Shown here in pieces: positions 34,424-42,536 of a DNA stretch of 64,000 nt. The stretch's first letter is position 1. Every line of letters starts with the position of its first letter. The position numbers and the translations under genes are program-made. The notes beneath the pieces were generated by a model that was given only the letters and a program-made list of their open reading frames with translations, did not search any database and was not told the origin of the DNA. This DNA comes from Dehalococcoidia bacterium (lineage in GTDB: Bacteria > Chloroflexota > Dehalococcoidia > CAUJGQ01), in NCBI GenBank assembly GCA_035310145.1, contig DATGEL010000030.1, positions 3,419-67,418 of the forward strand, in the 5' to 3' direction.

Positions 34424-35710
34424 ATGATCGAGGAGCGCCGCCGCGGCGGCGACGACGAGCGCGGGCTTGCCGCCATGCCGCTGATCCTCTCCGACGAAGA
34501 CCTGGCTGCCGCGCGCGCCGGCCGCTCCGCCACGATGCCGCTCGCGGGCCTGCGCGTGATCGACGCCGGCCAGATCATCGCCGGCCCCTTCGGCCCCTCG
34601 CTGCTGGCCGACTTCGGCGCCGACGTGATCTCGATCGAAAATCCGGAACTGGTCGGCCTGGAGCTGGCGCCCAGCGTGGCGCTGGGCCGCGCCGTGCTGG
34701 GGCGCAACAAGCGCTCGATCACGCTCGACCTGCGCACGCCGCGCGGGCAGGAGCTGCTGCGGCAGCTCGCCGCCGTCGCCGACGTGCTGGTGGAGAATTA
34801 CTCGCCCGGCACGATGGAACGCTGGGGCATCGGCCCCGACGACCTGGCGAAGGTCAACCCGCGCCTCGTCTATGTGCGCGTCTCCGGCTACGGCCAGACG
34901 GGGCCGTACCGGCAGAAGGGCGGCTACGACCGCGTGGCGATGGCCTTCGGCGGCCTGCTCGAAGTCACCGGCGCGCCCGACGGCGAGCCGGTGCACCCCG
35001 GCTACATGCTCGGCGACCACCTGGCCGGCACCTTCAACGCGCTCGGCGCCCTGATCGCCCTCTACTGGCGCGACGCGGCCGGCGGTGGCGCCGGGCAGGT
35101 GGTGGATGTCTCGCTCTACGAGCCGCTGTTCCGCGTCTCGCACAACATCGCCGGCGAGTACGCGCACGACGGCAAGGTGCGGCGCCGTGCCGGCAACACG
35201 CGCAATTGGACCGTTCCCGGTCAGCAGTTCCGCACGAAGGACGACCGCTGGGCGCTGATTATCGCGCCCTCCGATCGCCTCTTCATCCGCCTCTGCCAGG
35301 CGATGGGCCGGACGGAGCTGACGGTCGATCCGCGCTTCATGCCCGCGCACGTGCGCCAGCAGCACGCCGACGAGATCCACGCCGAGATCCGCCCCTGGGT
35401 GGCGCGGCACACGCTGGCCGAGGTGATCGCGATCCTGGACGCCGAGCGCGTGCCCGTGGGGCCGATCTACGCGATCGACGAGATCTTCGACGACCCGCAG
35501 TTCGAGGCGCGGGAGGACATTGTCGAGATTCCCGACGCGCATGTGGGCCGCGCGGCGATGCCGAACGTGGTGCCGAAGCTCTCGCGCACGCCCGGCGGCG
35601 TGCACAGCCCCGCGCCGCGCACCGGCGAGCACAACGAGGACGTTTATGGCGGCCTGCTCTCGCTCTCGCCGGCGGCGATCGCGGCCCTGCGCGAGGCGAA
35701 GGTGATCTGA
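34424..35710 (+). CDS. CoA transferase family III (CaiB/BaiF) protein
   Basis: MPLAGLRVIDAGQIIAGPFG is in the family N-terminal region. The start is uncertain, with ATG 34424, 34472 or 34535 in frame. Confidence 0.85.
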   Translation: MIEERRRGGDDERGLAAMPLILSDEDLAAARAGRSATMPLAGLRVIDAGQIIAGPFGPSLLADFGADVISIENPELVGLELAPSVALGRAVLGRNKRSITLDLRTPRGQELLRQLAAVADVLVENYSPGTMERWGIGPDDLAKVNPRLVYVRVSGYGQTGPYRQKGGYDRVAMAFGGLLEVTGAPDGEPVHPGYMLGDHLAGTFNALGALIALYWRDAAGGGAGQVVDVSLYEPLFRVSHNIAGEYAHDGKVRRRAGNTRNWTVPGQQFRTKDDRWALIIAPSDRLFIRLCQAMGRTELTVDPRFMPAHVRQQHADEIHAEIRPWVARHTLAEVIAILDAERVPVGPIYAIDEIFDDPQFEAREDIVEIPDAHVGRAAMPNVVPKLSRTPGGVHSPAPRTGEHNEDVYGGLLSLSPAAIAALREAKVI

Positions 35711-35772
35711 GCCGGCCCGCCTGCTCACCCGGCGCGGCGGGGCGGCAGCCGCGTGTGCTCCGAGGCTCGTGC

Positions 35773-36681
35773 CTACGTGCCGGGGTGGTAGCAGAAGAGG
35801 TACTTGTGATCCGGCTCGATACTGATATCGAGCTGGATGTCCGGTGTGCTCGGCTGCTCGAACTGGATATGCAGCGTGTAGGTACCCGGCGCCATCGAGA
35901 AGGGGAACGACGCGGCGCCATCGCAGCCGCCGGCGCCGCCGCTCGGCGCCACCGCGCCGGAAACGCCGTCGCCGTTGGTCAACGGGTCGCCGTTGGTGTC
36001 GGTTTGCCGCAGGCCCACGATCAGCGGCGCATCGCTGGCGTTCTGGAAGACCACCAGCCCCTGCCCCAGGTTGGGCGTCGGCCCGGCGTCGCAGCAACCC
36101 GGCCAGTTCACGCCGCGGAACTGATCGCCTTCATAGCCCACGGACACGGGGCCGGAATGGGTATCGTTACATACCCACGCCGCCCGGCCGATGCCGATCA
36201 GATCGGTTGGCACGTAGTCGTTCAACGTGACGGAGAACTCAAACGAGCGGTCGGCGCCGCGCACCCGCGCCGAGCCGCGTGTGCTGGGGTTGCCGACGAG
36301 CACGCACTCCCCGGCCGAGACGTTCACCCTGGTGGAGTCCTGATCGCTGATGTCGAGCAGCACGTTGAAGCGCTTGGTGACATGCAGCCAGTACCCGTAG
36401 CCGCCCTGGGCCTTGCTCGGGTCGCTGGCCTCGTAGTTGCTGTCGCCGGGGCGCCAGGTGAAGAGGGCGTTGTCCGACGACTGCTGGATCACGTTGCCGC
36501 TGTAGTCGCCGCCGCCGGCGAAGGCGACGAGGTTCCAGCCGGGAATGAAGGTCACGTAGGCGAACTGCGCCGGCGCCTGGGCGCGTGCCGGCTGCCGCCC
36601 CATGACGCCGGCCAGCGCGACCGCGGCAATCACCATTGCCAGGCCGAGCCTGATCGTGCGGCCATGCAGTCGTCCGCTCAT
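35773..36681 (-). CDS. secreted hypothetical protein (signal peptide, Cys-rich, ~302 aa)
   Basis: Start at MSGRLHGRTIRLGLAMVIAAVALAGV (ATG 36681, AGGGAGGG upstream). The Ala/Pro-rich upstream ORF extension is rejected. Confidence 0.65.
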   Translation of the reverse strand: MSGRLHGRTIRLGLAMVIAAVALAGVMGRQPARAQAPAQFAYVTFIPGWNLVAFAGGGDYSGNVIQQSSDNALFTWRPGDSNYEASDPSKAQGGYGYWLHVTKRFNVLLDISDQDSTRVNVSAGECVLVGNPSTRGSARVRGADRSFEFSVTLNDYVPTDLIGIGRAAWVCNDTHSGPVSVGYEGDQFRGVNWPGCCDAGPTPNLGQGLVVFQNASDAPLIVGLRQTDTNGDPLTNGDGVSGAVAPSGGAGGCDGAASFPFSMAPGTYTLHIQFEQPSTPDIQLDISIEPDHKYLFCYHPGT

Positions 36682-36700
36682 CGGTCGCGCACCCTCCCTT

Positions 36701-36718
36701 GTAGATGTAGATGTAGAT
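36701..36718. repeat. tandem hexamer GTAGAT x3 in promoter region of secreted-protein gene
   Basis: Read directly. It lies 20 nt upstream of the ATG at 36681 on the minus strand. Confidence 0.8.
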
Positions 36719-36847
36719 CGTTGCAGCGCTATGACTGAGGCGACAGCCCACACGATATGACAGCAGCTGCCTGCCGTCCAGCGCGACGCGGTGCATCCTT
36801 CCGCGACATGCCCGGAGGCCGGCGCCGGCGACCGAGCGATGCGAGAC

Positions 36848-39800
36848 TTAGCGGCCGGTGCTGAAGCCGCCGTTGGTGCCGCCGGTTGTGCCGCCGCCGG
36901 TGCTGAAGCCGCCGTTGGTGCCGCCGGTTGTGCTGCCGCCGGTGCTGAAGCCGCCTGTGCTGCCACCCGTGGTGCCGCCGGTGCCCGAGGTTGACGGCAC
37001 GCCGGTCGAGCCGCTGGTCCCCGTGGCGCCCGAAGTCGAGGGCACGCCGGTCGTACCGGTCGTTGCCGGCCGGCCGGTGGTGCCGCTGGTGCCGGAGGAT
37101 GAGGGCACTCCGGTCGTGCCGGTCGTCGCCGGGCGGCCCGTGGTGCTCGGCGGCGGCGCCTTGCGCGCCTTGGCGGCGGCGTCGCTCAGCGATGCGGCCG
37201 TGGGCAGCGCGTTCAGCGGATCCGCGGGGGCCAGCGTGGCTTCGTCCACGGCAAAGGTCACGTCGTCGCCCGCCTTCAGGTCGGCGAAGGCGACGTTGGC
37301 GTCGTATTTGGTGCTGCCGCCGACGGCCACGGCCGTGTAGCTGCCGTCCGCGCACTGCGCCTGCAGGGCCGAGCCGCCCAGCGCCGTGATCTTGCCGCTC
37401 GTGCAGTTGAGCGCGAGGCTGTGATGTCCTTGCTTGAAAGTCCTGGCGCCGGCGTCCCAGGTCAGGATCTCGTCGAACTTGCCGATCGGCTGGTCGTAGC
37501 CGCCGTTCACGCCGCTGTCGCCGGAGGCATAGGCATTCTCGATGATGTGCACGCCCTGCGGCTTGCCGTCGGTCAGCTCGACCGTCGCGCCCGGCGTCGT
37601 CTGCAGGTCGAAGTCGAGCGCCACCGGTTTGGCCGCGTCGTCGAAGCTGAAGGCGACCAGGCGTCGCGTGCCCTTCTCGTCGAGGATGATCGAGGCGAGG
37701 CCGTGCGGCGGGCCGTTGTCGATCAGCGGCTGCACCAGCAGCGCTTCGACGTTGGGAAAGCACTGATCGCCGCTCTTCTTCACCGCCGGCAGCAGCGCCT
37801 TCTCCGCCGAGGGTTGCTGGGTCGCGTCCCAGACCGACGCCCACTTGCCGCTCTTGTCGGGGCGGTAGACGTCGATATACGGCCGCTGGCAGCCGCTGCT
37901 GTCCGGCGCCTGGCTTTGCAGCACGAGCTGGCCGGGATCGCCGGCATTCTTGCCGGCAACGACGAAGCTCTGCAGCCTGGTTGCGTTCGGCCGCAGCAGC
38001 GTGGCGACGTCAAGCTTGTCGGCGGGCGTCACGGTGGGCGCCGGCGTCGGGCTTGCCGTGGGGCTTGGCGACGGTGAGGCGGTCGGGTTCGGCGTGCTCG
38101 ACACGGCCGCGGTTGCAGACGCGGTCACGTTCGCCGCCGTGGTCGTGGGCGTCGGCCTGGGGCTCGACTTGCCGCCGGCCACGGCGAAGCGGATGCCCAC
38201 CCCGGCCGCCACGAGCAGCACGGCGGCCAGCGCCAGCGGCCAGAGTCGCTTGATGCCGCCGCCGGTCGCGGGCTCGGGCGCCGTACGTCCGCCCACGGCG
38301 CCGCCGCGGCCGGCGGCGCCGCCCGCTCCGGCCAGTGCCGCACCGCCGCCTGCGCCGGCCGCGGCGGCGCCGTCCGCGGACCGGCGCGGCTCGTCACGCC
38401 TGGGCAGCGGCACGTACACCGTCTGCTGCTCGTGATCGTCCACCGCCGGAGGCGACACCGGCGGGCGCACGTAGCGGGCCTCTTCACTTTCGGCGATCCC
38501 TTCGATGACGCCGGCGTCGCGCGCGGCGGGCCGAATGCCCGGCGTGGCGTCCGCGGGCGCGGGCAGATCGACCACCGTGGTGTCGGCCGCGGGCGCGAAT
38601 GGACGTGATGGTGTCAGCGGCTCGGCCAGCGTCGGCTCGGGCGGAGCTGGCGTGCGCACCTCCGGCAGCGTCGGCTCGGGCGGAGGCGGTGTGCGCGGCT
38701 CATAAAGCGTGGGCTCGGGCGGGGCCGGCGTACGCGGCTCGTAGAGGGTTGGCTCGGGCGGCGCCGGCGGCGTCGCCGGGCCGGGCGTGCGCTCCTCGAC
38801 GATCGTCGCGTCGGCGGGCGGCGCGGGCGTGAGCGCTTCCGGCTCGGCCTGCGGGCGGCCGAGCGAGGCCGGCGTCAGCGGCTCGATGATCGTGGCGTCG
38901 AGCGGGGGATAGGCGGCGGCGCTGGCGGCGGACAACTCGCCCTGCTGCAAAACCTCGGCGAACTCGCGCCCGCTCTGGAAGCGATCGTCCGGGTTGCGCG
39001 CCAGACCGCGCAGCACCAGCTCGTCGAGCCAGGCGGGAATCGCGGGGTTGCGCGTACTGGGGCGGGGAATCTCGCCCTCGAAGGCGACTTCCGAGAAGAC
39101 CTGGAAGAAGCGCAGCTCCTCCAGCACGGGCGTGCTCTCCGCCCGCGACTGCGCCAGCTCGCGACACTTCTGGATGTTGACGTAGAACGTGCCGGTGAGC
39201 AGCTCGAAGAAGATCACCGCCAGCGAGTAGAGGTCGGAGCGGTGGTCGATGCGCCGCCCCGACGCCTGCTCGGGCGACATGTAGATCACGGTGCCCGGCT
39301 GGAAGCCGGTGCGCGTCATGCTCAGGTAGCCGCCGACGGCCTGGGGAATATGCGCCACGCCGAAGTCCGCGACCTTGGGCGTGCCGTCCTCCATCAGGAA
39401 GACGTTGCCGGGCTTGAGGTCGCGGTGCACAATGCCGCGCTCGTGTGCGGCCTGCAGGCCGCGGGCGATGCCGGTGGCGATCGTGATCGCCTGCTGCAGC
39501 GGCGGCCGGCCGCGCTGCAGAAACCCCTTGAGGTCGCCGCTTTCGGCCAGCTCCATCACGAGCAGATAGCCCTCTTCGTAGGGCTCGATCGCGTGGACTT
39601 CGAGGATATTGGGGTGGCGCACGCGCAGGCCGAGCCGGCCTTCGGTCAGGAAGCGGCGCAGCGCCTCTTCCTGCTGCGTTTCGAGATCGGCGGAGTCAAG
39701 GCCCAGCTCTTTGATGGCGACGAAGCGGTCGGCCAGCTCTTCGTGCGCCTTGTAGACGCTGCCGAAGGTGCCGCGCCCCAGCAGGCCGTCGCGGCGGCCT

Positions 39801-39853
39801 TCGCTGCGCAAAATGCGGTACTTGTTGAGCACCAGCTCGTCGAAGGGGAGCAT
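36848..39853 (-). CDS. serine/threonine protein kinase (Hanks-type) with Pro-rich repeats, TM segment, large extracellular domain and Gly/Thr/Ser-rich repetitive C-terminal tail
   Basis: Start at MLPFDELV (ATG 39853). Kinase motifs are GRGTFGSVYKA, HRDLKPGNVFL, DFGVA and SPE. The Pro-rich repeat is PAPPEPTLYEPRTP, repeated. The TM helix is LALAAVLLVAAGVGI. Confidence 0.9.
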   Translation of the reverse strand: MLPFDELVLNKYRILRSEGRRDGLLGRGTFGSVYKAHEELADRFVAIKELGLDSADLETQQEEALRRFLTEGRLGLRVRHPNILEVHAIEPYEEGYLLVMELAESGDLKGFLQRGRPPLQQAITIATGIARGLQAAHERGIVHRDLKPGNVFLMEDGTPKVADFGVAHIPQAVGGYLSMTRTGFQPGTVIYMSPEQASGRRIDHRSDLYSLAVIFFELLTGTFYVNIQKCRELAQSRAESTPVLEELRFFQVFSEVAFEGEIPRPSTRNPAIPAWLDELVLRGLARNPDDRFQSGREFAEVLQQGELSAASAAAYPPLDATIIEPLTPASLGRPQAEPEALTPAPPADATIVEERTPGPATPPAPPEPTLYEPRTPAPPEPTLYEPRTPPPPEPTLPEVRTPAPPEPTLAEPLTPSRPFAPAADTTVVDLPAPADATPGIRPAARDAGVIEGIAESEEARYVRPPVSPPAVDDHEQQTVYVPLPRRDEPRRSADGAAAAGAGGGAALAGAGGAAGRGGAVGGRTAPEPATGGGIKRLWPLALAAVLLVAAGVGIRFAVAGGKSSPRPTPTTTAANVTASATAAVSSTPNPTASPSPSPTASPTPAPTVTPADKLDVATLLRPNATRLQSFVVAGKNAGDPGQLVLQSQAPDSSGCQRPYIDVYRPDKSGKWASVWDATQQPSAEKALLPAVKKSGDQCFPNVEALLVQPLIDNGPPHGLASIILDEKGTRRLVAFSFDDAAKPVALDFDLQTTPGATVELTDGKPQGVHIIENAYASGDSGVNGGYDQPIGKFDEILTWDAGARTFKQGHHSLALNCTSGKITALGGSALQAQCADGSYTAVAVGGSTKYDANVAFADLKAGDDVTFAVDEATLAPADPLNALPTAASLSDAAAKARKAPPPSTTGRPATTGTTGVPSSSGTSGTTGRPATTGTTGVPSTSGATGTSGSTGVPSTSGTGGTTGGSTGGFSTGGSTTGGTNGGFSTGGGTTGGTNGGFSTGR
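36858..36980. repeat. in-frame 42-nt tandem repeat x3 encoding GGTTGGTNGGFSTG-like units at the kinase C-terminus
   Basis: Copies at 36858-36899, 36900-36941 and 36942-36980 are near-identical. Confidence 0.8.
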
Positions 39854-40103
39854 GACCGCCTCAACGATCGGAACGCCGCTACGCCCCCGCCTTCGCCTTC
39901 GCTGGGGAACACGGTTAGCGTATCGATCGTGCCAATTCCGTGTCAACGCCGTTGCCGGCGCGCACAACGGTTCCTGCCGTGCCGGCAAAGCGCGGGCGGG
40001 CGCGCCCAACGCCGCGGCGCAACCGCTCTTATAAGTATGAACGCGACCGGACCGGCGATTGTGCGCGCGGACACGGCAGCGGGTGGCAGGGGCCGAGCGC
40101 CCG

Positions 40104-40343
40104 TTAGCTGCCGCTGCTGAGGAAGCGCATCAACATGCGCCCGGCGGAGAACAGCCCCAGCGCCAGCCCCAGGCAGAGTCCAATCAGCAGGAAGAGCGGG
40201 TGCGTGCCCGCGCGGCCGTCCAGCCAGTTGCCCGCAAGCACGCCGAGGATGATGGCGATGGCGATCGTCCAGCCCATGCCGGCGAACCAGGCAGCCGTGC
40301 CCAGAATCTGGTAACCGCCCGAGCCGCCTCCGCCCTGCGCCAT
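40104..40343 (-). CDS. AtpZ/AtpI-like small membrane protein (79 aa)
   Basis: ATG 40343 has GAGGTG 6 nt upstream. GYQILGTAAWFAGMGWTIAIAIILGVLAGNWLDGRAGTHPLFLLIGLCLGL resembles the AtpZ family, with two TM helices. Confidence 0.5.
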   Translation of the reverse strand: MAQGGGGSGGYQILGTAAWFAGMGWTIAIAIILGVLAGNWLDGRAGTHPLFLLIGLCLGLALGLFSAGRMLMRFLSSGS

Positions 40344-40563
40344 CGTCTGCACCTCGCGGCAGGCGCCCCGTATCTGCCGTTGTCCGGCGGCGCCTCCTCT
40401 CTTCATATTTTGCCATCGCCGGCGGCCGGCTTGCTCGCTGCCCCGCCAAGCCGCTAGAACTGGACCAGAGCGATCTGCGGCGCCGCGCCGGCGCGGCCGC
40501 GAGCATCCTGGGAAGCGGGCGGGAATTCTGGCAAGCGGGGAACAGCCGTCTGGCGCGATCTAC

Positions 40564-40851
40564 CTGGTCTACGGCGAGAACGGCGCCCGCCTGTGCTACG
40601 CCGGCGACGACGCCGAGGCGCAGCGCGCGGTCTGTGCCGAGCTGGAGCGGCGTACCGCCGGCTACGTCTCCGGCTACCAGTTCGTCGGGCGGCAGCGCTA
40701 CGAGGTCCGCTGCTACCTCGATGCGCCGCCCGGCGAGCGCTTCCTTTCGCTGCGACGGCAGCGCGACCTGTTCGATTTCGGCTGGCACCCGCGCGGCGGC
40801 GCCGATCGCAACGGCGCCGCGGCCGCGCCGGAAGCCGCCGCGGGAGAGTAG
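40564..40851 (+). CDS. possible unannotated small protein (~95 aa) with no canonical start codon in frame
   Basis: Frame 1 from ~40553 to TAG 40849-40851 has very high GC3 (about 90%) and a protein-like sequence, AIYLVYGENGARLCYAGDDAEAQRAVCAELERRTAGYVSGYQFVGRQRYEVRCYLDAPPGERFLSL.... GC3 collapses upstream of 40550. The only start-like codon is CTG 40564. Confidence 0.3.
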   Translation: MVYGENGARLCYAGDDAEAQRAVCAELERRTAGYVSGYQFVGRQRYEVRCYLDAPPGERFLSLRRQRDLFDFGWHPRGGADRNGAAAAPEAAAGE

Positions 40852-40854
40852 ACG

Positions 40855-41784
40855 ATGGTTGAGCTCAAGATCGGCACGACGCTGGCCGGCAACCAGCTGC
40901 GCAGCGGGCCGGAGCTGGAGCAGATGGGCTACGACTCGCTCTGGGTGAGCGAGCACATCCTCTTCTACGGCCCGATCTTAGAAGCGGTGCCGCAGCTCGG
41001 CGCCCTGGCGGCGCTCACGCAGAAGGCGACGCTGGGCACGGCGATCTTCCTCCTGCCGCTGCGCCATCCCACGATCGTCGCCAAGTCGTTCAGCACACTG
41101 GACGTGATCTCGAACGGGCGCATGGTGCTGGGCATCGGCGTGGGCGGCGAGTTCCCCAAAGAGTTCGAGGCGACGGGCGTGCCGGTCAACGAGCGCGGGC
41201 CGCGCTCCAACGAGGCGATGCGCGTGATCAAGCGCCTGTGGAGCGAGGACCACGTCTCGCACGAGGGCCGCTTCTTCACGTTCTCCGACGCGACGATGGC
41301 GCCGAAGCCGGTGCAGTCCGGCGGCCCGCCGATCGTCGTCGCCGGCCGCTCCGAGGCCGCGGTCACGCGCGCGGCGCGGCTGGGCGACGGCTACATGCCG
41401 TATCTGTTCACACCCGATCGCTACCGCGCGGCGCTGGCCTCGATCGAGCAGCAGCGCACGGCGGCCGGCAAAAGCATGGACGGCTTTCAGCGGGTGCTCT
41501 ACCAGTTCACCGCCCTGGCAGACACGCACGAGCTGGCGCACCGCCGCGCCGTCGAGCGCCTCTCGCGGCAGTACAACCAGGACTTCGAGAACCTGGTGGA
41601 GCGCTACTGCGTGCTGGGTACGGCGGAGGAGTGCGCCGAGCGGCTGGCACAGTTCGTGCAGGCCGGCGCGCGGCACATCATCCTCGTGCCGATCTGCCCG
41701 GAAGGGGAGCTGATGCAGCACCTCGAAGCGTACCAACGCGACCTGCTGCCGCGGGTGCGCCAGCAGACGGCGGCGGTCGCCTGA
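40855..41784 (+). CDS. LLM-class (luciferase-like) flavin/F420-dependent oxidoreductase
   Basis: GGGAGAG lies upstream of ATG 40855. The family is conserved throughout (WVSEHI...GIGVGGEFPKEFEATGV). Confidence 0.9.
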   Translation: MVELKIGTTLAGNQLRSGPELEQMGYDSLWVSEHILFYGPILEAVPQLGALAALTQKATLGTAIFLLPLRHPTIVAKSFSTLDVISNGRMVLGIGVGGEFPKEFEATGVPVNERGPRSNEAMRVIKRLWSEDHVSHEGRFFTFSDATMAPKPVQSGGPPIVVAGRSEAAVTRAARLGDGYMPYLFTPDRYRAALASIEQQRTAAGKSMDGFQRVLYQFTALADTHELAHRRAVERLSRQYNQDFENLVERYCVLGTAEECAERLAQFVQAGARHIILVPICPEGELMQHLEAYQRDLLPRVRQQTAAVA

Positions 41785-41805
41785 GGGCGGTGCAGGAGAA
41801 CCCGC

Positions 41806-42279
41806 GTGGAAGAGCTTGCCCTGCAGATCATCGAAACGCTGCCCCTCTCGCTGCGCCGCCTGACGGCCGACCTGAGCGAGGAGCAACTGCGCCGCCGCCC
41901 GGCCGCGGGCGAGTGGTCGATCGCGGAGATCACCGGCCACCTGATCGACAAGACCGAGGTCTGGGGCGAGCGCTTCCGCCATATCGCCACGCAGGATCAG
42001 CCCTCGCTGCCCGCCTTCGATCAGGACGCCTGGGTGCGGGAGCGCGGCTACCAGGCGCAGCCGTTTCCGGCGCTGGCGGAGCGGCTGGGCGGCATGCTCA
42101 TGCAACTGGCGGCCGAGCTGCGCCAACTGCCGCCCGAGGCCTGGGAGCGAGTCGGCCTGCACGAAGAGCGCGGCCGCTTGAGCCTGGCCGAAGCCTGCCG
42201 CATCTACGCGATCTCGCTGCCGCAGCACGTGGAGCAGATCGTGAGCGCACGCGCGGCGGCGCTGGCGCGGCCCGCATAA
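41806..42279 (+). CDS. DinB-family (DinB_2) protein
   Basis: GTG 41806 lies 6 nt after AGGAGA. The conserved His motif is WSIAEITGHLID. Confidence 0.75.
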   Translation: MEELALQIIETLPLSLRRLTADLSEEQLRRRPAAGEWSIAEITGHLIDKTEVWGERFRHIATQDQPSLPAFDQDAWVRERGYQAQPFPALAERLGGMLMQLAAELRQLPPEAWERVGLHEERGRLSLAEACRIYAISLPQHVEQIVSARAAALARPA

Positions 42280-42287
42280 CCCCCGTC

Positions 42288-42356
42288 CCCCTGCTCTCCC
42301 ATATACAGATGGTTGGGAGATCTGCCGCATTTGGCGAACATATGGGAGAGCAGGGG
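42288..42356. repeat. palindromic element B: 17-bp perfect inverted repeat CCCCTGCTCTCCCATAT / ATATGGGAGAGCAGGGG separated by 35 nt containing GGTTGGGAGATCTGC
   Basis: Arms at 42288-42304 and 42340-42356. It is followed by AGGGGCGATCCGGCGTCGGG, which also occurs near 49645. Confidence 0.7.
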
Positions 42357-42477
42357 CGATCCGGCGTCGGGCGTGCCGTACGGTCTGCGGCTCACCGGTG
42401 CGCAGCCTGAACGCGCTCAGGGCGCCCAGCCGGGCCATGCTAACCCGGCCAGCCCGCGCCCAACCTCCCCACGATCG

Positions 42478-42511
42478 CCCCCTTCTCTCCCAGTATTGGG
42501 AGAGAAGGGGG
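42478..42511. repeat. palindromic element C: CCCCCTTCTCTCCCA-GTAT-TGGGAGAGAAGGGGG
   Basis: 15-bp stem with 4-nt loop, just downstream of the peptidase M23 stop at 42537. It is followed by TCGGGGGGTTATGAGGGCC, which resembles the GGGGGTGAGGCC tails of elements A and E. Confidence 0.7.
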
Positions 42512-42536
42512 TCGGGGGGTTATGAGGGCCCGCTCT

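Noticed and set aside
33659-36097. 812-aa minus-strand ORF, with plus-strand ORFs 32183..34402 and 34339..36738
   Set aside because: These are shadow ORFs overlapping the CoA-transferase (34424..35710), ACAD (32324..33511) and secreted-protein genes. Only 33659..34243 of the minus ORF has a signal peptide and a sensible start.
36729-37844. 371-aa minus-strand ORF and several Pro/Arg-rich ORFs at 37780-38490
   Set aside because: They are alternative frames of the kinase's repetitive Gly/Thr and Pro-rich coding repeats.
40593-40862. 89-aa Arg-rich ORF, and 40634..40948
   Set aside because: These are low-complexity poly-Arg/Ala translations in the wrong frames. The frame-1 high-GC3 signal is reported separately.
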